In this document: piece after piece, positions 1-12,790 of the stretch | Layout: each line of letters opens with the position of its first letter | Position numbering within the stretch: position 1 is the stretch's first letter | Assembly (NCBI RefSeq): GCF_006345805.1 | Contig: NC_043003.1 | Coordinates: 62,868,001-62,932,000, forward strand | Source of the DNA: Octopus sinensis | Taxonomy: Eukaryota | Direction: 5' to 3' | Length of the DNA: 64,000 nucleotides | Program-made: the position numbers and the translations under genes | Notes under the pieces: model-generated | Told to the model about the DNA's origin: nothing | The model's input: only the letters and a program-made list of their open reading frames with translations | The model's database searches: none

Positions 1-725
1 GCTGCACTGGCAAAGGCCATGGTTACAGCCTCGCTTGGCTTGCCAGGTCTTCTCAAGCACAGCATATCCCCAAAGGTCTCGATCACTCATCATCACCTCT
101 GTGAGGCCCAATGTTTGAAGGTCGTGCTTCACTACTTCATCCCAGGTCTTCCTGGGTCAACCTCTTCCACAGGTTCCCTCTACTGCTAGGGTGTGACTCT
201 TTTTCACACAGCTGTCCTCATCCATACACAACACATGACCATACCAGCACAGTCATCTCTCTTGCATACCACATCTGACGCTTCTTATGTCCAACTTTTC
301 TCTCAGGGTGCTTACACTCTGTCATGTATGCACACTGACATTACACATCCAACAGAGCATACTCGCTTCATTCCTTGCAAGCTTATGCATGTCCTCAGCA
401 GTTATGGCCCATGTTTCACTGCCATGTAGCATGGCTGTTCGCACACATGTGTCATACAGTCTACCTTTTACTCTGAGCAAGAGGCTCTCTGAACTTTGCC
501 CAGACTATTCTTATTCTAGCAGCTACACTCTCGGAGCATCCACCCCCCACTACTGACTTGGTCACCTAGGTAATGGAAGCTATCAACTACTATTTTTATC
601 CCCTGGCATGTGACAGAAACTGTTTTCTGCATATTTTCAGTGTCTATTGCCCCTGAGTATTTACCACACACAAAAACCTAGTTAGCCTTCCTTTGATCTT
701 GGTGCACCTCTTATGTGTCCATAGC
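1..725 (-). mobile_element. RTE-clade LINE, 5'-truncated RT C-terminal remnant
   Basis: Minus strand encodes degenerate EGTCGRG.PRKTWDEVVKHDL and upstream RT-thumb sequence; homologous to 8950-9600. Confidence 0.85.
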
Positions 726-746
726 TTACACCAGGTACATCTTCTG

Positions 747-1567
747 GAGTTTAAGTACCTTGAGAGAAAAGTTGGGCCTAAGAAGCATCAGTTGTGGTGT
801 GCAAGAGAGACGTTTGCGCTGGTATGGCCATGTGGTGAGAATGGATGAAGATAGTTGTGTGAAAAAGTGCCACACCCTAGCGGTTGAGGGAACCTGTGGA
901 AGAGGTAGACCCAGGAAAGCCTGGGATGAGGTGGTGAAGCACGAGCTTTGAACTTTAGGTCTCACTGAGGAAATGACTAGAGACCGAGACCTTTGGAAGT
1001 ATGCTGTTCTTGAGAAGACCCGGCCGGACAAGTGAGTCCATAACCCATGGCCTCTACCTGGGATGTAGCCAGTTCACTTATGCATACCTTTCCTTCTTGG
1101 GACACAAAACTCAACTTGCGAAGACCTGTTGAGGCAAGTGAAAATCAAAATCAAAATCGATCAACATCAATGGAAATTGTAGCTGTGATACCAGTGCCGG
1201 TGGCACGTAAGAGAATCATCTGAACGTGGCCGTTGCCAGCGCCGCCGCGACTGGCCTCCATGCCAGTGGCACGTAAAAAGCACCATCCGTGGCCGTTGCT
1301 AGCTTTGCCTGGCCTCTGTGCCGGTGGCACATAAAAAGCACCATCCGATCGTGGCCGTTTGCCAGGCTCATTTGGCACCTGTGCTGGTGGCACGTAAAAA
1401 GCACCCACTACACTCTCGGAGTGGTTGGCATTAGGAAGGGCATCCAGCTGTAGAAACACTGCCAAATCAGACTGGGCCTGGTGCAGCCTTCTGGCTTCCC
1501 AGACCCCAGTTGAACCGTCCAACCCATGCTAGCATGGAAAGCGGACGCTAAACGATGATGATGATGA
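747..1567 (+). mobile_element. RTE-clade LINE 3' end with repeat-containing 3'UTR and (GAT)n tail
   Basis: LRWYGHVVRMDEDSCVKK...GRGRPRKAWDEVV, typical of the RTE ORF2 C-terminus; followed by GTGCCGGTGGCACGTAAAAAGCACC units and GATGATGAT. Confidence 0.9.
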
Positions 1568-2109
1568 TATAAATATATATAGGAATAATGGAGACAAATG
1601 CACAAGATGTTATTTAAATCATTTATGTCACCAATGTATGTTCCGATTAATGCATTAAAATAAATCCGAGAGGAATAATAATAATAATAATATCTCAATG
1701 CATCAATTGAAACATATGTCAGTGATATGGTGATACAAATTATTTAAATAACATCTTGTGCGTTTGTCTCCATTTTCCATCATTCTTATATTCTCCAAAA
1801 CATGTCTCACTTCTTCTCAGAATTATCAACCACGCAAGTCTGATTACAAATTTCTTGTGTGACATTTGGTTACCATGTAACTGTTCCTCTTGATCTTTCC
1901 TTGTAAATTGTACAAGATATATATATAAATAAATATATATATACATATACACACACGGTAGAACCTTGGTTTTCAAACGACTCTGATCACAAATAAATCG
2001 TGCTTTATATATATATATATATTTACACACACACATATATATATATATATAAAGCACAATTTATTCACGATCAGAGTTGTTCAAAAACTGAGTCACTAAT
2101 GTATATATA

Positions 2110-3348
2110 TAGAGTGGTTGGACAAAATAATGGTAACACCTTAAAATTTCAAACAAATTTATTTTAATATGGGGTAGAACCGCCTTTGGCAGTAATTACA
2201 GCTTGAATTCCATGAGGTATGGACTCATACAAACTTTGAATTGTTTCCAAATGGATTTTTGTCCATTCTTCAGCCAAAACAGTCTCCAGTTCTTGTAGTG
2301 ATGATGGTCGAGGATATCGACTCCTTACTTGTTTTTCTGAAATGCACCATAAATGTTCAATAATATTGAGATCTGGGGACTGTGGTGGCCAGATAAGATG
2401 TTCAACTTCACTAGAATGTTCCTCATGCCATTCAGTAACAACCTTAGCTGTGTGAATTAGTGCATTATCATCCAGAAACTGTTCTGCAACCATAGGATTA
2501 ATTTAATCAGATAAAATGCTTAAATAGTCTTGACTATTAATTCTGCCATGAGGGGAAACCATTGGGCTGGCGGATTTCCAAGATATAGCCCCCCAGATCA
2601 TCATAGATCCTCCTCTATGCTTAACAGTTGGAAGAAGACAGTCTGGCTCAAATGCTTCTTTTTGTTGTCTTCACTTTCATACTCAGCTAGTAAAGAATGA
2701 CTCATTCAAGAAAATAACATTTTCCCACTGCTCTAGGGACCAATTCTGTTGGTTTTTACTCCACTCTAAATGCTTTGCAACATTTGTTTTTGAATATAGT
2801 GGTTTTCTGATTGCAGCCCTCCTGTGAAATCTGGCTTTGTGCACCTCCCAGCAAACAGTTTTTGTGGAAATTGGGTTCACGAGGTGGGCATTAAGCTCTG
2901 CAGTAATTTTGGGAGCTGTACTTTTGTGATCCTTTCTAACAATTTGCTTAAGAGTCCGATGGTCCCTATCTGGAAGTTTTGGTTTTCTTCCGGAGTTTTG
3001 TTTTGATGAGGAGGTTTTTCCTTCTTTCTCAAAGGCTGTCATTGCTTTTGAGACAGTACTTCTTGATACACTAAATATTTCAACTGTTTTCATTACACTA
3101 GTGCTTGCCATATGAGCACCAACAATTTGACCTCTATGAAAGTCTTAGATCTGTCATTTTAATGAATTTTAATTACCTTTTTCTGAATATATCTGAATAG
3201 AAACAGCAATTTTAGCAAATCATTTTAAGCAACACTAATAATAAATTAAAAAAAACATAAAAATAAACAAGCTTTTGACAGTTTTATAGAGATTTCAAAA
3301 TTATGATGCTATGATACCAGGTATTTCCATTATTTTGCCCAACCCTTG
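2110..3348 (-). mobile_element. Tc1-family DNA transposon, near full-length, frameshifted transposase (DD36E)
   Basis: Imperfect TIRs GGTTGGACAAAATAATGG(T/A)AACACCT at both ends in TA context; HTH/GRPK-type N-terminus (3111-2683) and DNA...WPPQSPDLNIIEHLW catalytic region (2493-2164). Confidence 0.92.
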
Positions 3349-3406
3349 TGTATATGTATAAATATATATGTATGTATGTATGTATGTGTGTGTATATATA
3401 TATATA

Positions 3407-3784
3407 CACTACCGTCAGAAATTAATTAGCACCCTTGATTTTCTCTTCACTCAAGGTATGTGCTATCACCTAGTGGCCATATCTCGAACTATTGCTTTGT
3501 TGCGAGTTCACTGTTGCGCAGAACGATGACGTAACTTTGCTTGCAGAGCAGTTTGAGAGTCTACAGCCTTATGATGTTGACATAGCAGTGCAACAACTTG
3601 GAGTGCGGATGCAGACAAATCTTCCTTTGTTTAATAGATATAGGTAGCGCCTCGCAAGGACCGAAATCACACCATACTAAGTTTTCTCATCGCGTAAGAC
3701 GTTTTGAACAGCTCATAAGGTTAATTGATTTAACCTATTTAATGTAGAAATTTGAGAAGTGCTAATTAATTTCTGACGCAAGTG
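3407..3784. mobile_element. Tc1/mariner-type MITE (378 bp)
   Basis: 26-bp TIRs CACTACCGTCAGAAATTAATTAGCAC / GTGCTAATTAATTTCTGACGCAAGTG, flanked by TA. Confidence 0.85.
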
Positions 3785-5059
3785 TATATATATATATATA
3801 TATATAGGCATAACTACAGTTTAGTGCTCCAGTAGTCACTCAAATTTGACCACATTTTTCTTCTATACATTTTTTTTTTATTGCATCAATTTTTGATATA
3901 CTTTTCTCTGTTAGATTCCTCTTATTTAGATCTTATAAGAAATCATAATTATACTACTCTTTTTTTTCTAAGATATTACAGGTACAATATCTTGAAGATT
4001 ATTTTAGGCCTTCCTTCTGTTCTGATCTGACATCTTTTTTATCTTATAAGTTTTTGTTTTTTTCTACAACACCAAGCTTGATGGAGTTTACAGAATAATA
4101 TTCTTCTCATTCAGATCTCTTAAGAAAATGTAACTAAACAGATAATAAAGAAATAAGGAAACTTTGCTGATGGGAAGTTGCATTTATGCATCACTCTCAT
4201 ATTTCCTGAATACAAATAACTTTATTGGAACATTTGTAACCTAATTTTCCATTTTAATATCACAAAATGTAGTGAAGTGCTGGTCCTTTTCAAAGAACAT
4301 AATTATATTTGATTTGATCAAGAATTTGATTAGCTAAGGGGCATAAAAATGATCGTGAAGCACTAAATGTTGACCTTAATATTATTCATTTTCTGCTCTA
4401 ATCACCTGTCACACTCTTTTCACTCAAATGTCCATACTTACCCACTCACCTTTTCTTTCCTCTCTGTTCTCTCACATCTCTCTCTCTCTCTCCCTCTTCA
4501 AATGGGGAAGCCATGCATTCACTTATTCAGCAAGACATCTGTTCTTGTCCCTCAATAATCCTCACTACTATACCCTCAATACCCTACGCAGTAGAAAGGT
4601 TTTTCTCTTGGAAGTATTTGGTAACCTCACCAATGCTGGTGCCACATAAAAAAGCACCCAGTACACTCTATAAAGTGGTTGGTATTAGGAAGGGCATCCA
4701 GCCATAGACACCATACCAAAGCAGGCATTAAAGCTCAGCACAATCCTCTGGATCTTCCATGTTGAACCATCTGACCCATGCCGACATGGAAAAATGAACG
4801 TTAAACGGTGGTGATGATGATGCTGTGTGTCAATGATAAGGCAGCCAATTGGCAAAGTCGTTAGAGCATTAGATTGCTTTCAGACAACCATTCTGGTTCC
4901 CTGCCCTCTTAGTTCCAATCTTTCAAAGGTCAATTTTGCCTTTCGTTCAGTTTTTGGTTAAAATTAAAATATCATTTGAATGCTGGTCTTCAATTCTTCA
5001 CCTTTCTAAACTTTTTCCTTCTGCCTGTCTTTTTCTTTGCCTCTGAAAGAAATTGACTC

Positions 5060-5942
5060 TGGTCAAACCTAGAGAAGAAAGGGGTTCACCTGGTCATTCT
5101 AAGACAAGGCATATGTCATGACTTGCACTGGACAAAGCACATCTCTAAAATTGTCAAGAAGGCCGAGGGTGTCTTGGCATTACTCAGCAAGACCTTTGTC
5201 AGCCACTCTTCAGCTTTCTATTTAAGGCTGTATATGGCTGTGGTGTGACCACACTTGGAATTTGCATCACCAGTCTGGAACCCCTATCTTGATCAGAACA
5301 TTGACCTCCTGGAAACTGTTCAGACGTGCAACGAAGCAAATACCCTCAATCAGGCATCTACCATTCACTGAATGCCTTGCTTCACTTCATATATACTGAA
5401 TCTCTGACTTGGTAAACACCCACAACTGGCAACTGACTTGGTAAACACCCACAAAATTATTAACCGGCGTGCTAACAACAACCTTGAGAACCGTTTTTGA
5501 ATTCTATGGTGTGAGGGTGATTGCTATGTCATTGAGCTAGACCTGGCCACTTCCATTAATGGGGACAAAACCTGGATTTGAAACACTGGATGCTGATGAT
5601 GTGTCTAACACATGGGGCCATGCCAACAAAGTCAGAAAACAGCACTGCTCCCATGACTTTCGGAAACATTTTTCCACACTCAGAGTTGTTGAGGCATGGA
5701 ACAAACTACCTGCATCAGTTGCTAGCTGCTGAGACATTGCATCCTTTAGAACCTCCATTCTTCCTGAAATTTGTCAACACCACACCTGATATTCCCCCTC
5801 AATATGCATGCACGCATATATATCATGACTCATACACTGTTCACTTTCCTGACTTTTGTACATAATTCTAAGTACTGTACATGCACCTTTGATGATTTGC
5901 AGTGCACCTGAGCACTATACACAACAATTTCATTATTATTAT
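5060..5942 (+). mobile_element. CR1/L2-type LINE 3' remnant
   Basis: Degenerate LY.A.V.PHLEFASPVWNPYLDQNIDLLETVQ and RKHFSTLRVVEAWNKLPASV motifs; (ATT)n tail; second 3' copy at 24163-24410. Confidence 0.8.
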
Positions 5943-6269
5943 AACACCTCTATAATTCCATCAAGTGGTTAAAGGCTCATGGTATAACAGGGCATATATA
6001 TATATATATAGACATATTCATTTACAAATACACATGTATGTGTGTGTATTGGTGCTGGTGCCATGTAAAAAGCACTCAGCCCACTCTGTAAGGTGGTTGG
6101 TGTTAGGAAAGGCATCCAACCATAAAAGCCCTACCAAAACAGACAGTGAAGCCTGGAGCATTCTTCTGCCAAGCCAACCCCTGTCAAACAATCCAACCCA
6201 TGCCAGAATGGAAAACATGCTGAATGATGCTGATATATATATAAAAATATTTATATATACATACAAAGT

Positions 6270-6683
6270 ACCTTGGATCATAGGGCGATCTGCTGTGCTT
6301 GAGGAGACCTATTGAGTAAAGTACATAACATCAAAATGAAAATCAAAGCGAAATTGTAGTTATGATACCCGTGCCGGTGGCACACAAAAAGCACCATACA
6401 AACATAGCCGATGCCAGTGCCGCTTTGACTGGCTTATGTGCCTTTGGCACGCAAAAAGCACAAACCGATTGTGGCCGTTGCCAGCCTTTTGGCCCCTATG
6501 CCAGTGGCATGTAAAAATACACCCACTACACTCATGGAATGGTTGGTGTTGGGAAGGGCATCCAGTTGTAGAAACACTGCCAGATCAGACTGGAGCCTGG
6601 TGCAGCCTCCTTGCTTCCCAGACCCCAGTCAAACCGTCTAACCCATGCTAGCATGGAAAATGGTCGTTAAATGATAATGATGA
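6270..6683 (+). mobile_element. RTE 3'UTR-derived element (non-coding tail copy)
   Basis: Same GGCACGTAAAAAGCACC units, GGAAGGGCATCCAG core and (GAT)n end as 1190-1567. Further copies at about 4630-4822, 6050-6232, 14236-14328, 14725-14903, 15150-15340, 16575-16720, 22731-23013, 27148-27275, 38150-38249, 53135-53515, 54352-54935 and 59538-59827. Confidence 0.85.
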
Positions 6684-7217
6684 CTCACATATATACAGCC
6701 ATATCTGCATACACACAAACTACATTGTGTGTGTGTGTGGATTACTGATTTTTGCATAAGAGTTTTACTTTAGGGGGTTTTAAATTTTTCTTGTATCTTG
6801 GGTGGGTTGTTTCCCAAACTCTTCTTTTGTTAAGTTTAGTTGTTTCTTTTATTTTATCATTTTTTTTTCTTATTCTCATTTCAGAAACTAATTAAATTTT
6901 AATTTTCATTTAATTCTTTACATCAAAATTTTAATTCATTTAAATTAAGCATTCATATCGTCATTGTGTGTGTGTGTGTGTGTGCGTATGCAAATGTTTC
7001 TTTCCCACATTTCAACATATCAGAACATGTGAATACCAATATAGGCAACATCATCAATGATTTTATTTTGAGGTTAAGTTCTCTTTGAAGTTAGGAATAG
7101 TTCGGCTTAGAATAGGTTTATACAGGATGAAGTAAAATGGATGAGCAAAAAGAGTTTTATTTTATTTTTTAAGACTGAGCTGTGGAAAATTGAAGGCAAT
7201 TTTCCAGTGAGAAAATA

Positions 7218-7870
7218 CAATATATATATATATATAATATATATATATATACATACATACATACACACAAATGTATGTGTGTGTATATATATATATATAC
7301 ACACACACATGTATGTATATATATATATATATATACACATACACACACGTATGTATGTATATATACATATATATATATACACACATATGTATGTATATAT
7401 ATAAATATATATATATATACACATATGTATGTATATATACATATATATACATACACTAACACATGTATGTATGTGTGTATATATATATAATATATATACA
7501 CATACACACATGTATGAATATATATATATATATAATATATATATATATATACACACACGTATATATATATATATATATACACACACACATGTATGTATGT
7601 ATATATATATATATATACCACACATGTATGTATGTATATATTATATATATACACACACATGTATGTGTATATATATATATACACACACATGTATGTATGT
7701 ATATATATATATACACACACACACATGTATATATATATATATACATACATACACACACATGCATATATATATATATATATACATACACACATACACATAT
7801 ACACACACATGCATATACACACACTTACACACAAACATATCTACATACACATACATGCATAGATACATAT
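7218..7870. repeat. (TA)n/(CA)n compound microsatellite
   Basis: Direct inspection; similar tracts at 10960-11480, 25425-25800, 53820-53980 and 58340-58720. Confidence 0.97.
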
Positions 7871-8363
7871 AGGTGCAGGCATGGCTGTGTGGTAAGAAGT
7901 TTGCTTTCCAAATCCTTGGTTTCAACTTCAGTTCCACTGTATGCTACCTTGGGCAAGTGTCTTCTACTGTAGTCACAGGCAGACCAAAGCCTTGTGAGTG
8001 AATTTAGAAGACAAAAACTGAAGGAAGCCCATTGTATGTGTGCATGGATGTGTGTATGCTACTGTCTCCTTACCGTTACAATTGTGTCACAATGTAAAGC
8101 TAATAAAAGTTAGGTACACACATACACACACACACCATTACGTCACTAGATAATTGTAAAGGCATGTCCCCATCATGCAAGCAGTATCCTTTGTTTCCAT
8201 AAAGACAATTTATTTTATTATATTTTTTTCGGAATGTTTTATTGTAAAGAGTGCTCAATTTGAGCATTTGTTACGATTGATTTCAATAATGTATTTTTGA
8301 AATCAGTAAGAGTGTATTCTTTTAAAAAAACATGGTGGTGTGCAACTTCTGGGACACCCTGTC

Positions 8364-8364
8364 G

Positions 8365-8404
<40 letters not shown>

Positions 8405-9915
8405 TTAATGTCCACTTTCCATGCTAGCATGGGTTGGACGGCTCAACTGGGGTCTGGGAAGCCAGAAGGCTGCACCAGGCCCAGTCTGATCTGGCAGTGT
8501 TTCTACAGCTGGATGCCCTTCCTGACGCCAACCACTCCATGAGTGTAGTGGGTGCTTTTTACGTGCCAGACGAGGCTGGTACGATCGGATGGTACTTTTT
8601 ACGTGCTACCGGCACGGAGGCCAGATGGGGCTGGCAATGGCCACAGTCGGATGGTGCTTTTTACATGTCACCGGCACAGAGGCCAGTCGGGGCGGCGCTG
8701 GAAAACGGCCATGTTCGGATGGTTCTCTTACATGCCACCGGCACTGGTATCACAGCTGCAATTTCCATTGATGTTGATCGATTTCGATTTTCACTTGCCT
8801 CAACAGGTCTTCACAAGTAGTGTTTTGTGTCCCAAGAAGGAAAGGTATGCATAGGTGGACTGGCTACATCCCAGGTAGAGGCCATGGGTTATGGTCTCAC
8901 TTGTCCTGCCGGGTCTTCTCACGCACAGCATACTTCCAATGGTCTTGGTCTCTAGTCATTTCCTAGGTGAGACCTAAAGTTCGAAGGTCGTTCTTCACCA
9001 CCTCGTCCCAGCCTTTCCTGGGTCTACCTCTTCCACAGGTTCCCTCAACTGCTAGGGTGTGGCACATTTTCACACAACTATCTTCATCCATTCTCACCAC
9101 ATGACCAAACAAGCACAAACGTCTCTCTTGCACACCACAACTGATGCTTCTTAGGTCCAACATTTCTCTCAAGTATGAACTCTGTCAAGTATGAACACTG
9201 ACATTACACATCCATCGGAGCATACTGGCTTCATTTCTTGCAAGCTTACGCATATCCTCAGCAGTCATGACCCATGTTTCACTGCCATGTGGCATGGCTG
9301 TTCGTACACATGCATCATACAGTCTGCCTTTTACTCTGAGCGAGAGGCTTTTAGTCACCAGCAGAGGTAAGAGCTCTCTGAACTTTGCCCAGGCTATTCT
9401 TACTCTAGCAGTTACACTTTCAGCACACCTGCCCCTGCTACTGACTTGGTCACCTAGGTAACGGAAGCTATCAACTATTTCTAGTTTTTTACCCTGGAAT
9501 GTGGCAGAAGTTGGTCTCTGCGCATTTTCAGTGTTTATTGCTCCTGAGCATCTGCCACATACAAAAACTATCTTCTAGTTAGCCTTCCTTTGACATTGCT
9601 GCACCTCTTATGTGTCCATAGCTTACACTTGGTGCATCTTATAGAGTTTCTACCTATGCCTTTTCTACAGATCGAGCAGGGCCATCTACCTGAAGGCGTT
9701 TGTGATTTGTCTACCTTCCTACTTATTAGGATTTTGATTTTAGCTAGGTTGACTCTAAGGCCCTTCGATTCTAATCCTTGCTTCCACACCTGAAACTTCT
9801 CCTCCAGTTCTGATAGTGACTCAGCAATTAGAGCAAGGTCATCAGCATAGAGGAGCTCCCAGGGGCATCCTGTCTTGAATTCCTCCGTTATTGCCTGGAG
9901 GACTATGATAAATAT
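8364..9915 (-). mobile_element. RTE-clade LINE, 5'-truncated, RT domain with YADD through 3'UTR and tail
   Basis: GCPWELLYADDLALIA (about 9870-9825), WKQGLESKGLRVNLAK, C-terminal GRGRPRKGWDEVV, 3'UTR repeats and (GAT)n tail at 8364-8403. Confidence 0.93.
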
Positions 9916-9959
9916 ATATATATATGGTTTCTCTATTAGATTATGAGACTGACATGCTG

Positions 9960-10647
9960 CCTAATGCACTACTATGTGTTGTGTATGGATAAGGACAGCT
10001 GTGTGAAAAAGTGTCACATCCTGGCAGTAGGGAGAACCTGTGGAAGAGGTAGACCCAGGAAGACCTGGGATGATGTGGTGAAGCACAACCTTTGAACGTT
10101 GGGCCTCACAGAGGTGATGACAAGTGACCAAGACCTATGGAGATATGCTGTGCTTGAAAAGACCCAGCAAACCAAGTGAGACCGTAACTGTGGCCTGTAC
10201 CAGTGCAGCATAACCGGCCCATTTAAGAGTACCCTTCAATCATTGGGCAATAAACTGCACTTGTGAGGACCTGTTGAGTCAAGTGAAGCCATTGTTGTGG
10301 CCGATGACATTACTGCCTGATAGGCACCCATGCCTGAGGCATGTAAAAAGCTCCATTTGAGTGTAGTCATTGCCAGTACCGCCTGACTGGCTCCCGTGCT
10401 GGTGGCATGTAAAAAGCACCATTCAAGTGTGGTCAATGCCACTACCACCTGACTGGCCCTTGTGCTAGTTGCACGTAAGAAGATCCCACTACATTCTTGG
10501 TGTGGTTGGCATTAGGAAGGGCATCCAGTTATAGAAATATCGCCAGATCAGATTGGAGCCTGGTTCAGTCTTCTGGCTTGCCAGCCCTCAGTTAAACTAT
10601 CCAACCCATGCCACAATGGGAAATAGATGTTGAATGATGATGATGAT
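9960..10647 (+). mobile_element. RTE-clade LINE 3' end (second subfamily)
   Basis: GRGRPRKTWDDVVKHNL remnant, variant 3'UTR and (GAT)n tail. Confidence 0.85.
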
Positions 10648-11699
10648 ATATGTCTGTGTGTGTTTTGTGGGGAAAAAAACTTTTTTACAATCCAGTCCAC
10701 ATAAATACATGCAAATACATACCGTGGATGTTTGATTAAAATATTTTTTAAAAGTACTTTTCATATTTTCTGTGGATATTTGAAATCTTTAAAGCTTTCT
10801 TTACAGAATATTTACATTTACAATTTGGCTTCTTTGCTACACTTATGATATCATTATATGTTTAGCAAGCAGCTGAGCAAGGGAAATTAGTTGCTGAGTG
10901 ATGCTAGCGAATTGAAATGGCCGTCCATTATATTCCAACAGAGCAGTTATTGGAACATGTATGTATGCACATATTTACATAAATACATATACATGCACAT
11001 ATATACATACATATGCATATTATATATATACATACATAAATACAAATATATGTACATACATGTATATATATATAGATATAGATAGATAGATAGATACATA
11101 AATGCATACATAAGTACACATAAATGTATATATATATATATATATATATATACATACACACATATATATATTATATATACATACACATAGATAAATACAT
11201 TATATGTATATATATATATATATACTGTACATACATAAATATATATACATACATATATAAATACATATACATACATAAATGCATAAACACACAAATACAT
11301 ATATATATATATACACACATGCAAATACATATATAAATGCATATACATATATGTAAAATCTACATACACACATACATGCAAAATTCATACACACACATGC
11401 ATTCATATATATATATATATTCATACACACACATATATGTATGTATGATTCACAGGTATATATATGTATATTTAGCATGTGAGTTTATAAGGCAAAAATG
11501 CAAACACTAAAAATATATTGTGTTAGTGAACATTATGGCTGGTCATATCCATTATCAGTTCACTGAATACACCATCTCAGTAGATTTGATTAGAGCAGAC
11601 TTAAACCTGTAGAAAATCGCATGGGGAACATTATCTCAAAGAAGAAAATTTTTATTGCAAGTTCTTTCTTATCATACATACATACAGACATATATATAG

Positions 11700-11730
<31 letters not shown>

Positions 11731-12407
11731 AGTTTTTGTCTTTTCCTGTTACGTGCAAATCTTTAATGTAGTTAATACAGTTTTTTTTTATTGTTTCTTT
11801 TTAATATCTCTATTTTGTAAACGGTTGCTAATCAATAGGTGTAATAAAATCTCTATTGTATAGGTAATTTTGCAATTTTGCTCGAACAAGTTTCGTAGTC
11901 GATGAATACAAACAGCATATTTTTATAAGATGGAGATCAAACAGGGGCAATAAGTAAATATACCATGTATTGATTTTTTTCAAAGGGACATGAGAAAATG
12001 TAGTCTGCAGTGCAGATAAATTTAGCTGCAGAAGCACCTTTCTTCTTCGGTGATTATTTAAAATTCTACACTCAGTCTACTTACTGTTTTCTATGAAAAC
12101 AACTCATAAATTCTCATTAAATTACTAATACTCCAAGTCAAGAGGGATATTATATTCCACTTTCCAAATTTCTTGAAAGAATATTGTATTAATTCTTGTT
12201 GGAAAATTATAATGCTGTTAGGTTCCAACAGAGAAAGACTGAAAAGAAACTATATATCTTGGGGGAGAAACAAGTGGAAAACTTGTCAGGAAGATAATTG
12301 AAATAATGAGAATTTAAGGAAATATACCAATTTTTATTGGATAGTAAATGGGACATGCTATCCCAAAAGACAACTTATGATAAATGAGAGAATTTGGCAA
12401 TATTTTA

Positions 12408-12790
12408 ATCAATTTGGAATTATATTTGAAGAATATATATAAGAAAAGAATTTTTTGGACAGGTTTTCTTATGGTCATCATCAATAAAATCTATTTGATG
12501 CTATTTATAAACCTCAAGTTCTTAGAATTTTGCAAAACTTCTATCAATTGAATTATATTTGAAGATTGTGTTAGAAAAAAACATTTTTGTACAAGTTTTC
12601 TTATGGTCATCAGCAGTAAAGTCTATTTTATGCTTTATATATGCTTAAATTCTTAGAATTTTTCAAAATTTCAATCAATTTTGAATTATATTCAAAGATT
12701 ATATGTTAGAAAAAAATAAGATAACTTTTTTAAACAAGTTGTGTTACGGTCATGATCAGAAAGTCCATTTGATATAAATACATAAATTCT
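12408..12790. repeat. About 3 copies of a ~133-bp degenerate tandem repeat
   Basis: TCAATT(T/G)GAATTATATTTGAAGA...CTTATGGTCATCA...CTATTT...TTCTTAGAATTTT recurs at about 12408, 12544 and 12675. Confidence 0.8.

Noticed and set aside
1190-1410. Repeat-spacer pattern resembling a CRISPR array
   Set aside because: The spacers are related to each other, the array is part of a dispersed RTE 3'UTR, there are no cas genes and the context is eukaryotic.
1151-1522. Recurrent [15 protein letters not shown]... ORFs (also at 8434, 22678, 53183 and 54406)
   Set aside because: Antisense reading of the RTE tail; recurrence reflects repeat copy number, not a gene family.
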